Assembly (NCBI GenBank): GCA_027067855.1
Contig: JAMOUX010000038.1
Coordinates: forward strand, 15,208-79,207
DNA: 64,000 bases
Reading direction: 5' to 3'
Source of the DNA: Candidatus Fermentibacteraceae bacterium
GTDB taxonomy: Bacteria > Fermentibacterota > Fermentibacteria > Fermentibacterales > JCC-6
The position numbers and the translations under genes were made by a program. How positions within the stretch are numbered: position 1 is the first letter of the stretch; every line of letters begins with the position of its first letter. The notes beneath the pieces were generated by a model, which was given only the letters and a program-made list of their open reading frames with translations, made no database searches and was not told the origin of the DNA. Of this stretch, positions 19,487 to 27,378 are shown one piece after another.

Positions 19487-21061
19487 ATGGACAGGCTCGA
19501 CGAGTTGAGAAAACAGGCCGTGCATGGAGGCGGTCCTGAAAAGATTGAGAAGCGGCGCAGCGAAGGGAAACTGACCGCGAGGGAACGGCTGGAGTTCCTG
19601 TTGGACAAGGATTCCTTCAACGAACTGGGTATGTTCGTTACCCATACGTGCCACGATTTCGGCATGGAGAAAAAGAAGTTCCTGGGTGATGGCGTCGTGA
19701 CCGGTTACGGAACGGTACACGGCAGGCTGGTGTACGTGATCTCCGAGGATTTTACGGTCCTGGGCGGTTCCCTGTCCGGGATGTTTGCGGAAAAGATAGC
19801 CCATGTGCAGTCCCTGGCCCTCAAGAACGGTGCCCCGATGATAAACATCAAGGATTCCGGCGGCGCCAGGATACAGGAAGGCATAGACTCTCTGGCGGGG
19901 TACGGAAAGGTGTTCCTGGGGAACGTAAGGGCTTCCGGAGTGATTCCTCAGATTTCCGTCATAATGGGACCTTGCGCCGGCGGCGCGGTCTATTCCCCCG
20001 CGCTCACCGATTTCGTGTTCATGGTGGAGGGGAAAAGCTACATGTTCCTCACCGGGCCGGACGTTATCAAGGCGGTCACTCACGAGGAAGTCACCTTCGA
20101 GGAATTGGGCGGTGCGGGAGCTCATAATACCAAGAGCGGGGTGGCTCATTTCAAGTGTGATTCGGAGGAACAGGCCCTGGCCATGGTTAGGGAGTTGCTT
20201 ACATATCTTCCTCAGAATAATGCCGAGGATCCTCCGCTGGTCCGGGGAAAGAAGGATGGCATCCGGGCCAGGCTTGCGTCTCTGGTGAAGCAGGTGAAAG
20301 GCTCCGACAGGGGCAGGAAGCTGGAACAGGTGCTTCCTCCGGACCACACATTACCCTACGATATGAAGAAGATAATAGAAGGAATCCTTGACGAGGATTC
20401 CTTCTTCGAGGTTCACGCTCATTTCGCTCCGAACCTCGTGGTGGGATTAGGCAGGTTGGAAGGTATGACGATAGGCGTAGTGGCCAACCAGCCGGCTCAC
20501 CTGGCGGGGGTGCTGGATACGCTGTCTTCCGCCAAGGGCGCAAGATTCGTAAGATTTTGCGACTCTTTCAATATACCCATACTGGTACTGGAAGATGCTC
20601 CGGGGTTCCTGCCCGGCGTGAGCCAGGAACACACCGGGGTGATAAAGGAGGGGGCCAAGTTACTGTATGCGTTTTGCGAAGCCACCGTGCCCAGGATAAC
20701 GGTGGTTATAAGGAAGGCATATGGGGGAGCATACATAGCCATGAACTCCAAGCAGATCGGTGCTGACCTGAATTTCGCGTGGCCCAACGCCCAGATAGCG
20801 GTCATGGGGGCGGATGGTGCAGTAAAAATACTGTACCGCAGGAGGTTGGCCTCGGCATCCGAACCCGACAGGGAAAGAAAGAAACTTGTCGAAGAATACA
20901 ATGAAAAATTCAACAATCCCTATGTCGCAGCCAACAGAGGTTACATCGACGAGGTCATAAAACCTTCTGAAACCAGGGACAGGCTCGTTGCCGCATTCGC
21001 CTCGCTCAGGACGAAACTCGAAAAGAAGATCGACCGCAAGCATGGGAACATGCCGTTATGA
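19487..21061 (+). CDS. acyl-CoA carboxylase carboxyltransferase subunit (propionyl-CoA carboxylase beta / methylmalonyl-CoA carboxyltransferase 12S-like)
   Basis: GGGAGG SD lies 5 nt before ATG 19487. Has MDRLDELRKQ...GKLTARERLEFLLD and GPCAGGAVYSPALTDF. Confidence 0.85.
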   Translation: MDRLDELRKQAVHGGGPEKIEKRRSEGKLTARERLEFLLDKDSFNELGMFVTHTCHDFGMEKKKFLGDGVVTGYGTVHGRLVYVISEDFTVLGGSLSGMFAEKIAHVQSLALKNGAPMINIKDSGGARIQEGIDSLAGYGKVFLGNVRASGVIPQISVIMGPCAGGAVYSPALTDFVFMVEGKSYMFLTGPDVIKAVTHEEVTFEELGGAGAHNTKSGVAHFKCDSEEQALAMVRELLTYLPQNNAEDPPLVRGKKDGIRARLASLVKQVKGSDRGRKLEQVLPPDHTLPYDMKKIIEGILDEDSFFEVHAHFAPNLVVGLGRLEGMTIGVVANQPAHLAGVLDTLSSAKGARFVRFCDSFNIPILVLEDAPGFLPGVSQEHTGVIKEGAKLLYAFCEATVPRITVVIRKAYGGAYIAMNSKQIGADLNFAWPNAQIAVMGADGAVKILYRRRLASASEPDRERKKLVEEYNEKFNNPYVAANRGYIDEVIKPSETRDRLVAAFASLRTKLEKKIDRKHGNMPL

Positions 21062-22551
21062 TGCGTTTCGAGAAGATCCTGGTAGCCAACAGGGGCGAGG
21101 TGGCGGTCAGGATAATGAGGGCATGCAGGGATATGGGAATACGGTCCGTAGCCGTTTATTCGGAGATAGACCGTGTATCGAAACACGTGAGGTATGCCGA
21201 CGAGGCTTACTGCATAGGCCCTGCTCCTTCCGCCGACAGTTACCTGAGGATAGACAGAATTATCGATGTCGCATTGCAAAGCGGTTGCCGGGCGATACAT
21301 CCTGGATACGGTTTCCTGGCCGAGAATCCCGGGCTGCCTGCCGCCTGCATGGAAGCGGGGCTCTCGTTTATAGGGCCTTCGTCAGAATCCATGTCCCTGT
21401 TGGGCAACAAGACCATGGCCCGCAGGATGGCCGAGGAGGCGGGCATACCCATAATTCCCGGAACCCCGGAGCCTATCTCGGGGGTCGAAGAGGCGGAGGC
21501 CGCCGCCGTGAAGATAGGACTCCCCATTCTTCTGAAAGCTGCGGGAGGGGGAGGCGGTAAGGGCGTTCGGATAGTTCGTGAACTCTCGGAATTCCGTTCT
21601 TCCTTCCGGCAGGCCACTGCCGAAGCCAAGGCGGCCTTCGACAATCCTGACATATACATGGAGAAGTACCTCGAGAGCCCCAGGCATATAGAGATACAGG
21701 TCCTCGCGGATCATCACGGCGGTGTGGTTCATCTGGGGGAGAGGGAATGTTCCGTCCAGAGGAGGTTCCAGAAACTCATTGAGGAATCGCCGAGTTGCGC
21801 CCTGGACGGAAAACTAAGGGAGAAAATGGGGGAATATGCCAAGAGGGCCGTGGTGGCATCGAACTATCACAACGCCGGCACCGTGGAGTTTCTCATGGAT
21901 TCCTCGGGGCATTTCTACTTCTGTGAAGTGAACGCCAGGCTCCAGGTGGAACATCCGGTGACCGAGTTGGTCACCGGCGTGGACATAGTGAAGGAACAGA
22001 TAATGATAGCCCAAGGATATCCTCTTTCCTTCCGGCAGGAAGACGTGGAGATGAGGGGGGCGGCCATAGAATGTCGCATCAGCGCCGAAGATCCCGTAAC
22101 TTTCTTTCCCTCGACAGGTACGATCACGGAACTCGACGAACCTTCCGGACCGGGAATACGGGTTGATTCCGGTGTAGATGAGGGTTGCGGAATTTCCCTG
22201 TATTACGATCCCCTGGTGGCGAAACTGCTGGCGTGGGGGAAGGACAGGGCGGAAGCCCTGGCCAGGATGAAAAGGGCGCTGGAGGAATACAGGATAAAGG
22301 GAATAAGGACGACTATTCCATTTCACCTCCGCGCATTGGAGGACGAAGGATTCCGCGCCGGCAGGTATGATACGGGTATGGTTAACGGGATGAAACACGC
22401 CGGAACCCGTGAATATGTCGTGCCGGCGGCTATAGCGGCGGCCATTGCGGCCGGCGGAGAAAAAAAGGTGGAATTGGAACACCAAGCCGAACACATCGGG
22501 TGGAAACTACGTGGAAGGGTCGAACATGGCCTTCATCGTTCGAAGTGGTGA
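21058..22551 (+). CDS. accC: biotin carboxylase subunit
   Basis: KILVANRGEVAVRIMRAC..., GGGGKGVR, EMNARLQVEH-type CEVNARLQVEHPVTE. ATGA overlap with the upstream CT gene. Confidence 0.9.
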   Translation: MMRFEKILVANRGEVAVRIMRACRDMGIRSVAVYSEIDRVSKHVRYADEAYCIGPAPSADSYLRIDRIIDVALQSGCRAIHPGYGFLAENPGLPAACMEAGLSFIGPSSESMSLLGNKTMARRMAEEAGIPIIPGTPEPISGVEEAEAAAVKIGLPILLKAAGGGGGKGVRIVRELSEFRSSFRQATAEAKAAFDNPDIYMEKYLESPRHIEIQVLADHHGGVVHLGERECSVQRRFQKLIEESPSCALDGKLREKMGEYAKRAVVASNYHNAGTVEFLMDSSGHFYFCEVNARLQVEHPVTELVTGVDIVKEQIMIAQGYPLSFRQEDVEMRGAAIECRISAEDPVTFFPSTGTITELDEPSGPGIRVDSGVDEGCGISLYYDPLVAKLLAWGKDRAEALARMKRALEEYRIKGIRTTIPFHLRALEDEGFRAGRYDTGMVNGMKHAGTREYVVPAAIAAAIAAGGEKKVELEHQAEHIGWKLRGRVEHGLHRSKW

Positions 22552-23029
22552 CGACGTTTTCAGGATAGGTACAAGACTCCTTGCGGAAGAAGAACCGGAG
22601 GAGCGGTACCTGGTGCTGGTGAACGACGATGAATATACGATAAGCGTTGCCAGGACGACACCCACGCAGTTGTCGATCCTGATGGGGGGAGAGTCGTACC
22701 TGGTCGAGGTGGACAGGGAAGCCGAGGGTATCCGGGTTTCCGTTCGGGGGGAAGAGTTCCTGTTCACCGTGGAGGATGAGTACTTAGGAAGCTCCGGTGG
22801 TCAGTCCGAATCCGGAATGGCGGTGGTTTCGGCCCCGATGCCCGGTCTCGTGGCCAAGGTTCTCGTCCGGGTCGGCGACCGCGTGGAACCCGGCCAGGGG
22901 CTCCTCATACTGGAAGCCATGAAAATGCAGAATGAGATCACATCTTCCCGGGGCGGAACCGTCAAGGAGGTTTCGGTGGAACGGGGAAAGACCGTGATGA
23001 CCGGGGATACCCTGGTGGTCATCGAGTGA
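22526..23029 (+). CDS. biotin carboxyl carrier protein (BT-like N-terminal part plus biotinyl domain)
   Basis: Biotinylation motif EAMKMQNEI. Start ATG 22526 overlaps the accC end; the listed 22445 start is less likely. Confidence 0.8.
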   Translation: MAFIVRSGDDVFRIGTRLLAEEEPEERYLVLVNDDEYTISVARTTPTQLSILMGGESYLVEVDREAEGIRVSVRGEEFLFTVEDEYLGSSGGQSESGMAVVSAPMPGLVAKVLVRVGDRVEPGQGLLILEAMKMQNEITSSRGGTVKEVSVERGKTVMTGDTLVVIE

Positions 23030-23037
23030 CCCGGTAA

Positions 23038-23529
23038 TCAGTTCACGTCCCCCACGTAGATGGGGCCGTCGTAGTTTCCGGATGTCAGCGCGGGTATCAC
23101 GGAGGGTAGCATCGAAGGGTACATCCTCAGTGTTTCCAATCGCGAAAGAGATACCCATTCGATGCCTGTTTGCCACGCGTCTTCATTTTCGGGCGGGTCT
23201 TCGGGCTTTCGTACCGGTGACGCCGTAAAAACGAACTCGGTTTGGTGCACATCGCTTTCCCATCCGGCGAATTCGTGGTTCGCCCCGATGTAGTCCCTAA
23301 CCAGTACCAGCCTCCCCGGTTCCACGAGCCAACCCGTTTCCTCGAGTACTTCCCGGATCAGTGCATCCGGCAGCGTCTCGCCGAATTTTTGCCCTCCTCC
23401 CGGCAGGAGGTAGAAGATGCCCTCGTCGTCGCGGTTGACCGTAAGCAGAAGCTTCTCGTTCATGATGATCATCCCCTTGCAGGAGTTTCTCTTCCTGCCC
23501 ACGGTGTGGGTCTCGAAGGGTATCGTCAT
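23038..23529 (-). CDS. NUDIX hydrolase
   Basis: Nudix box GGGQKFGETLPDALIREVLEETG. The start lies 1 nt after the pilD stop. Confidence 0.8.
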   Translation of the reverse strand: MTIPFETHTVGRKRNSCKGMIIMNEKLLLTVNRDDEGIFYLLPGGGQKFGETLPDALIREVLEETGWLVEPGRLVLVRDYIGANHEFAGWESDVHQTEFVFTASPVRKPEDPPENEDAWQTGIEWVSLSRLETLRMYPSMLPSVIPALTSGNYDGPIYVGDVN

Positions 23530-23530
23530 A

Positions 23531-24355
23531 TCAGGACACCAGCCCCAGGTACGCTTCTATGATTCTCTTCCCGGCGAACACCGCCGTCATGGATCCCAGG
23601 GCCATGAACGGTCCGAATGGTACGGGAACCCTCCTGTTTTTTCCCGTCGCCAGCAGGAATACACCTACGATTCCGCCGGCCAGAAAGGCGAAGAAGAGAG
23701 CGACGGCGGTCAACGACGGGCCGAGAAACGCTCCCATCATTCCGGCCAGTTTCACATCACCCCAACCCATTCCCCCCTGGAACTCATCAGTCTGATCTTC
23801 GAAACCCTCAGGAGCGATGGTATAGCCCGGTTTTCCCCGCAATGCCAGTTCCGCTCCGGTTCTTATGGCGAGAAACAACAGGAATGCCCCGGCGGCGGCG
23901 GCCAGATGGGCCGGCAGACCTCCTCCCCCGGGTAGGAGTGAAAGGACGAGTCCCGCGACCGTACCGCCGATGCTCACCTCGTCCAGAATCAGCCAGTGGT
24001 CCATGTCGGTCAGGATCGAGCAGATCATGAGGGAGAGGAAGATACCGTACTTCAGGGAAGTGATCGACGGTCCGAAATTCAGGTACAGACCCAAGAACAT
24101 GAGTGCCGTGACCAGTTCCACCACTGCGTACCTTACCGAGAAGGAGTTGCCGCAATACCTGCACCTTCCCCGCAGCAGTATCCAGCTGAGGATGGGAACG
24201 TTGTCGTACCACTTTATGGAGGTTCCACAGGTAGTGCATCTGCTGGGGGGGCTGACGATGGATTCCCCCCTTGGAATCCTCCAGGCCGCCACGTTGAGAA
24301 AACTTCCCACCGAGGCGCCCAACATGAAACTGAAAACGGACCCGAGTACTTTCAT
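23531..24355 (-). CDS. pilD: prepilin peptidase (A24 family)
   Basis: Zn-binding CTTCGT...CRYCG N-terminal domain; catalytic-Asp motifs GMGWGDVKL and PFGPFMALG. Confidence 0.85.
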   Translation of the reverse strand: MKVLGSVFSFMLGASVGSFLNVAAWRIPRGESIVSPPSRCTTCGTSIKWYDNVPILSWILLRGRCRYCGNSFSVRYAVVELVTALMFLGLYLNFGPSITSLKYGIFLSLMICSILTDMDHWLILDEVSIGGTVAGLVLSLLPGGGGLPAHLAAAAGAFLLFLAIRTGAELALRGKPGYTIAPEGFEDQTDEFQGGMGWGDVKLAGMMGAFLGPSLTAVALFFAFLAGGIVGVFLLATGKNRRVPVPFGPFMALGSMTAVFAGKRIIEAYLGLVS

Positions 24356-24381
24356 TCACGGTCCTTTGCGAGAGGTATACC

Positions 24382-24409
24382 TTGCATTACATTGCTCGAG
24401 TAGTATAAT
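24382..24409 (+). promoter_or_regulatory. sigma70-type promoter candidate for the porin gene
   Basis: TTGCAT, 16-nt spacer, TATAAT. Lies about 140 nt upstream of ATG 24549, which has a GGGAGG SD. Confidence 0.45.
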
Positions 24410-24548
24410 TCTCCAAACTGCAGACAGGGAGTATCGCCCGGCCTCGATGGTTCTAGCACGAGGGTCTGCCGGGTAGTTTTTAGGGTCTGTATCGGGAAGT
24501 GGTCCTAGCACTTCCCGGAAATCCATACGATTCTTCGAAGGGAGGAAC

Positions 24549-25583
24549 ATGAAATACACACTGCTGTTTGTCGCTATCGTGGCAACGCTTGCTTTTGCCG
24601 ACGTGGAGATAAAGGGCCTCGGTAAGGTCTGGTTCTACATGTATGGTGAGGAAAATCACGAGCCGGGCAGTACTTTCAGAGCATACAATTCCACCGCCGT
24701 CAGCGGCAACGTAACTGAAAACCTTCGTGCCGCGTTCTCCGTAAGTTACAAGTCGTGGAAGTCGGGTGGAACCGTCAGTGTGGGGGATGCCTGCCTTTCC
24801 ATGAAGGTGATGCCTCAACTCTCCATTACCGCCGGCCAGTTCAAGATCCCCCTGGGATGGGCTTTCAACCGCTCCGGCGGAAAGTTATTCTTCCTGGAGA
24901 GGGCAATGGTAACAAAGGTTCCCGAATTCGGTAATTACTCCGGGAAAGACGTGGGAATCAACTTCCACGGTGACTTCGGAACCGTGGGAATGGATCTCGG
25001 TTACTTCAACGGTACCGGTATCTACACCGATGCCAGTGATTTGGTAAACAAGGAACTCGTCGGCAGGCTCACCTGTGACCCGGTGGAATGGGTTAAGCTT
25101 TCCGCCGGAGTCGGCATGATAGGTCAGCCCGATGTCGAGGATTCCGGCGGTGTGGTGCAGGAAGAATGGTCCGCCATGGGTATCAACGCCTATGCCGTGG
25201 CCGACAGGCAACTTTCCGACGATACCAAACTGGTATTCGAGACCGAGTTCTGGCATTTCGGTTACGCCGGACCCGATATCGCAAACGTTCATGAGAAAGC
25301 CGGAATGGACATGTACGCCGACCTCGGCGTGAATTTCAGGCTTGACGGAAGTATTTTCTCCGCGGTAATGCCCGCCCTGCGTTACGAATTCTACAGTCCC
25401 CAGGAGGCGGTGGCCGCCGGTTCGGGCAGAGCAGAGGATAACGTGACCGTGATGGACTTCTGCCTGAACTGCTACGTTACCCCCGGGAACACCATCCAGG
25501 TAGGCGGCAGGAACGTTAGCTACGAGGACGATGACGTGGATGGTTATACCGACATGTACCTCGGCTGGAGACTAAGTTACTAA
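24549..25583 (+). CDS. outer-membrane porin-like beta-barrel protein (family not recognised)
   Basis: Signal peptide MKYTLLFVAIVATLAFA. Amphipathic beta-strand pattern and C-terminal aromatic residue (...GWRLSY). Confidence 0.55.
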   Translation: MKYTLLFVAIVATLAFADVEIKGLGKVWFYMYGEENHEPGSTFRAYNSTAVSGNVTENLRAAFSVSYKSWKSGGTVSVGDACLSMKVMPQLSITAGQFKIPLGWAFNRSGGKLFFLERAMVTKVPEFGNYSGKDVGINFHGDFGTVGMDLGYFNGTGIYTDASDLVNKELVGRLTCDPVEWVKLSAGVGMIGQPDVEDSGGVVQEEWSAMGINAYAVADRQLSDDTKLVFETEFWHFGYAGPDIANVHEKAGMDMYADLGVNFRLDGSIFSAVMPALRYEFYSPQEAVAAGSGRAEDNVTVMDFCLNCYVTPGNTIQVGGRNVSYEDDDVDGYTDMYLGWRLSY

Positions 25584-25608
25584 TACGGCTTCGATTTCGC
25601 GGAACGTT

Positions 25609-25638
25609 GGAGGCCCGGGTACCCGGGCCTCCTTTTTT
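25609..25638 (+). terminator. rho-independent terminator
   Basis: Perfect 24-nt palindrome GGAGGCCCGGGTACCCGGGCCTCC followed by TTTTTT, 26 nt after the porin stop. Confidence 0.85.
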
Positions 25639-25990
25639 ACGAGCCCGCACCGTTGATTGGCGGCTCCATACTACGTGGGAGACACCCGGTTGAGCGGGTT
25701 CCCCCACGTTGGACGTACCGGAAAGTCGGAATCTACATGACGCAGACAGGGATTAACGAATGACTGGACTCGTGGAAACCCGCCGGGGACATTCGATCGA
25801 TTCGTGGTTTAACGGGGGGCCCGATACCCGGGAGATCATCTCAAACGAATTTTCCCGGAATTCAACGATCCGATGGTGTTTGGTAACCCTCGCTCTCGGG
25901 GAATGCTTCCGGTTCTTGGTGCGGATTGCGCGAAAATTGTAATCGTATGGCAGGCAGGTTGTTCAAAACGGAACCTGGAAGGATTTGAAC

Positions 25991-26494
25991 ATGGCGAGTT
26001 ACACTGAACCGCCCCCGATGCTGATCGATGAGGAAAAGATCTACAAGGCCGTCATAGTCACGGAGAACGGCGAGATAGAGTTGGAACTCTATCCGCGTTA
26101 CGCACCCATGACCGTCAACAATTTCGTATTCCTGGCGAAGGAAGGATTCTATGACGGGCTTTCGTTCCACCGGGTGATTCCCGGTTTCGTCATCCAGGGA
26201 GGGGATCCCACAGGGACCGGTATGGGCGGACCGGGCTATACTTTCGGTGACGAGATGGAAGGCAATCCGTTGGTTCATGAGACCGGAGCCGTTTCCATGG
26301 CCAATTCCGGCCCCGATACCAACGGCAGCCAGTTTTTCATAACCCGTTCTCCGCAGCATCATCTGGACGGTCACCATACCGTTTTCGGCCGGGTGATCAG
26401 TGGTCAGGATATCGTGGATTCCATGGTGCAGGGTGAGCGGATACTGAAAGTGCTGATCGGGGAGATACGGGAAGACGGAACGCGGAAAGAATGA
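25991..26494 (+). CDS. ppiB: cyclophilin-type peptidyl-prolyl cis-trans isomerase (cytoplasmic)
   Basis: [25 protein letters not shown] and [17 protein letters not shown] 25991 has a GGAAGGA SD; the listed TTG 25985 is two codons upstream. Confidence 0.85.
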   Translation: MASYTEPPPMLIDEEKIYKAVIVTENGEIELELYPRYAPMTVNNFVFLAKEGFYDGLSFHRVIPGFVIQGGDPTGTGMGGPGYTFGDEMEGNPLVHETGAVSMANSGPDTNGSQFFITRSPQHHLDGHHTVFGRVISGQDIVDSMVQGERILKVLIGEIREDGTRKE

Positions 26495-26741
26495 TGGCGG
26501 ACAACGAAGAGACCGCCGGAGTATGTCCGGGGGTGATATGGTCATAACCTGCGGATACTACCGTTATCGAAGCCCGGGGAAGGACCGGCTCTCAGGCATG
26601 GCCGCCGACCGGTCGCGGGAAGGATTCCACGGGTTAGGGGATTTCCCCGGATATGGATCAGCCGGGAAAAATATGTCCGGGAAAATATGCTGCGACAGCG
26701 GTCGTCGTGTATGCGGTTGTTGCGGTGATGAGTAAGCTACG

Positions 26742-27119
26742 TCAATCCTGGAGCAGCTTCGATATTTCGTCGCTGAGTTCGGACATGTTCCAAACGGGTT
26801 TGGAAAAGATTTTCCCGTGAACGCCCGGTATCGCCATGAGTTCCTCGGGAATCTCGGAGGCTTGTGATCCGGTGTAGATTACGTATTTGACCCCGGGCCA
26901 CTTTGCCGAGGCCTTTCTCAGGAATTCCAAGCCGTCCATTCCCGGCAATCTCAAGTCCACCAGTACTACCGATGGGATTTCCAGTTCCATCTCTTCCAGA
27001 GCCTCTTCACCGGTGCCGGCCTGTCGGACGGCGAACCCGCAGTCCTCGAAGTGGAAAGCAATGCTCAGTCTCACCGGTTCCTCGTCATCTAGTATCAGTA
27101 TCGAGGGTTTTTCATCCAT
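26742..27119 (-). CDS. stand-alone CheY-like response regulator (receiver only)
   Basis: MDEKPSILILDDEEP..., VVLVDLRLPGMDG, YTGS, SKPV. All canonical Asp/Thr/Lys positions are present. Confidence 0.8.
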   Translation of the reverse strand: MDEKPSILILDDEEPVRLSIAFHFEDCGFAVRQAGTGEEALEEMELEIPSVVLVDLRLPGMDGLEFLRKASAKWPGVKYVIYTGSQASEIPEELMAIPGVHGKIFSKPVWNMSELSDEISKLLQD

Positions 27120-27378
27120 CCGGTATTTCCTCCGACGCCGGAGCCATATCACAAACCGGTTCCCCGCCGCGCTCGATATTGCGGATCCCGTTCCATACCA
27201 ACGCTTCAATCTTTTCCGGTGAAAGCCGGATTCCGTCGACTTCCTTCATTAGCGCCGGAATCTCTTCCCTGCCCGGAGTGTCGCAAGAACCCTTCCGGGC
27301 CGTATCTGACGCCGGTGGAGCCGGGAATGCATCCTCATCATCGTCGATGACCGGAATTTTCCAGCCGATGGGCTTCAT
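27112..27378 (-). CDS. possible small protein between the kinase and the regulator (hypothetical)
   Basis: The ORF fills an otherwise 218-nt gap in a compact operon. Its stop overlaps the regulator start as ATGGATGA. Start is uncertain (ATG 27378 or ATG 27249). No family recognised. Confidence 0.3.
   Translation of the reverse strand: MKPIGWKIPVIDDDEDAFPAPPASDTARKGSCDTPGREEIPALMKEVDGIRLSPEKIEALVWNGIRNIERGGEPVCDMAPASEEIPDG

Noticed and set aside
26662-26690. Tandem near-repeat CCGGGAAAAATATGT / CCGGGAAAATATGC.
   Set aside because: There are only two short copies, which is not a CRISPR or a clear operator, and the neighbouring regulator has no DNA-binding domain.
26523-26735. 70-codon ORF with a Cys-rich tail (KICCDSGRRVCGCCGDE) in the ppiB/regulator convergent spacer, considered as a RiPP precursor or metallothionein-like peptide.
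   Set aside because: The only SD-like GGAG is 1 nt from the ATG, it sits between two convergent gene ends, and no maturase is adjacent (the radical SAM gene is 20 kb away). Its coding status cannot be supported from the sequence alone.
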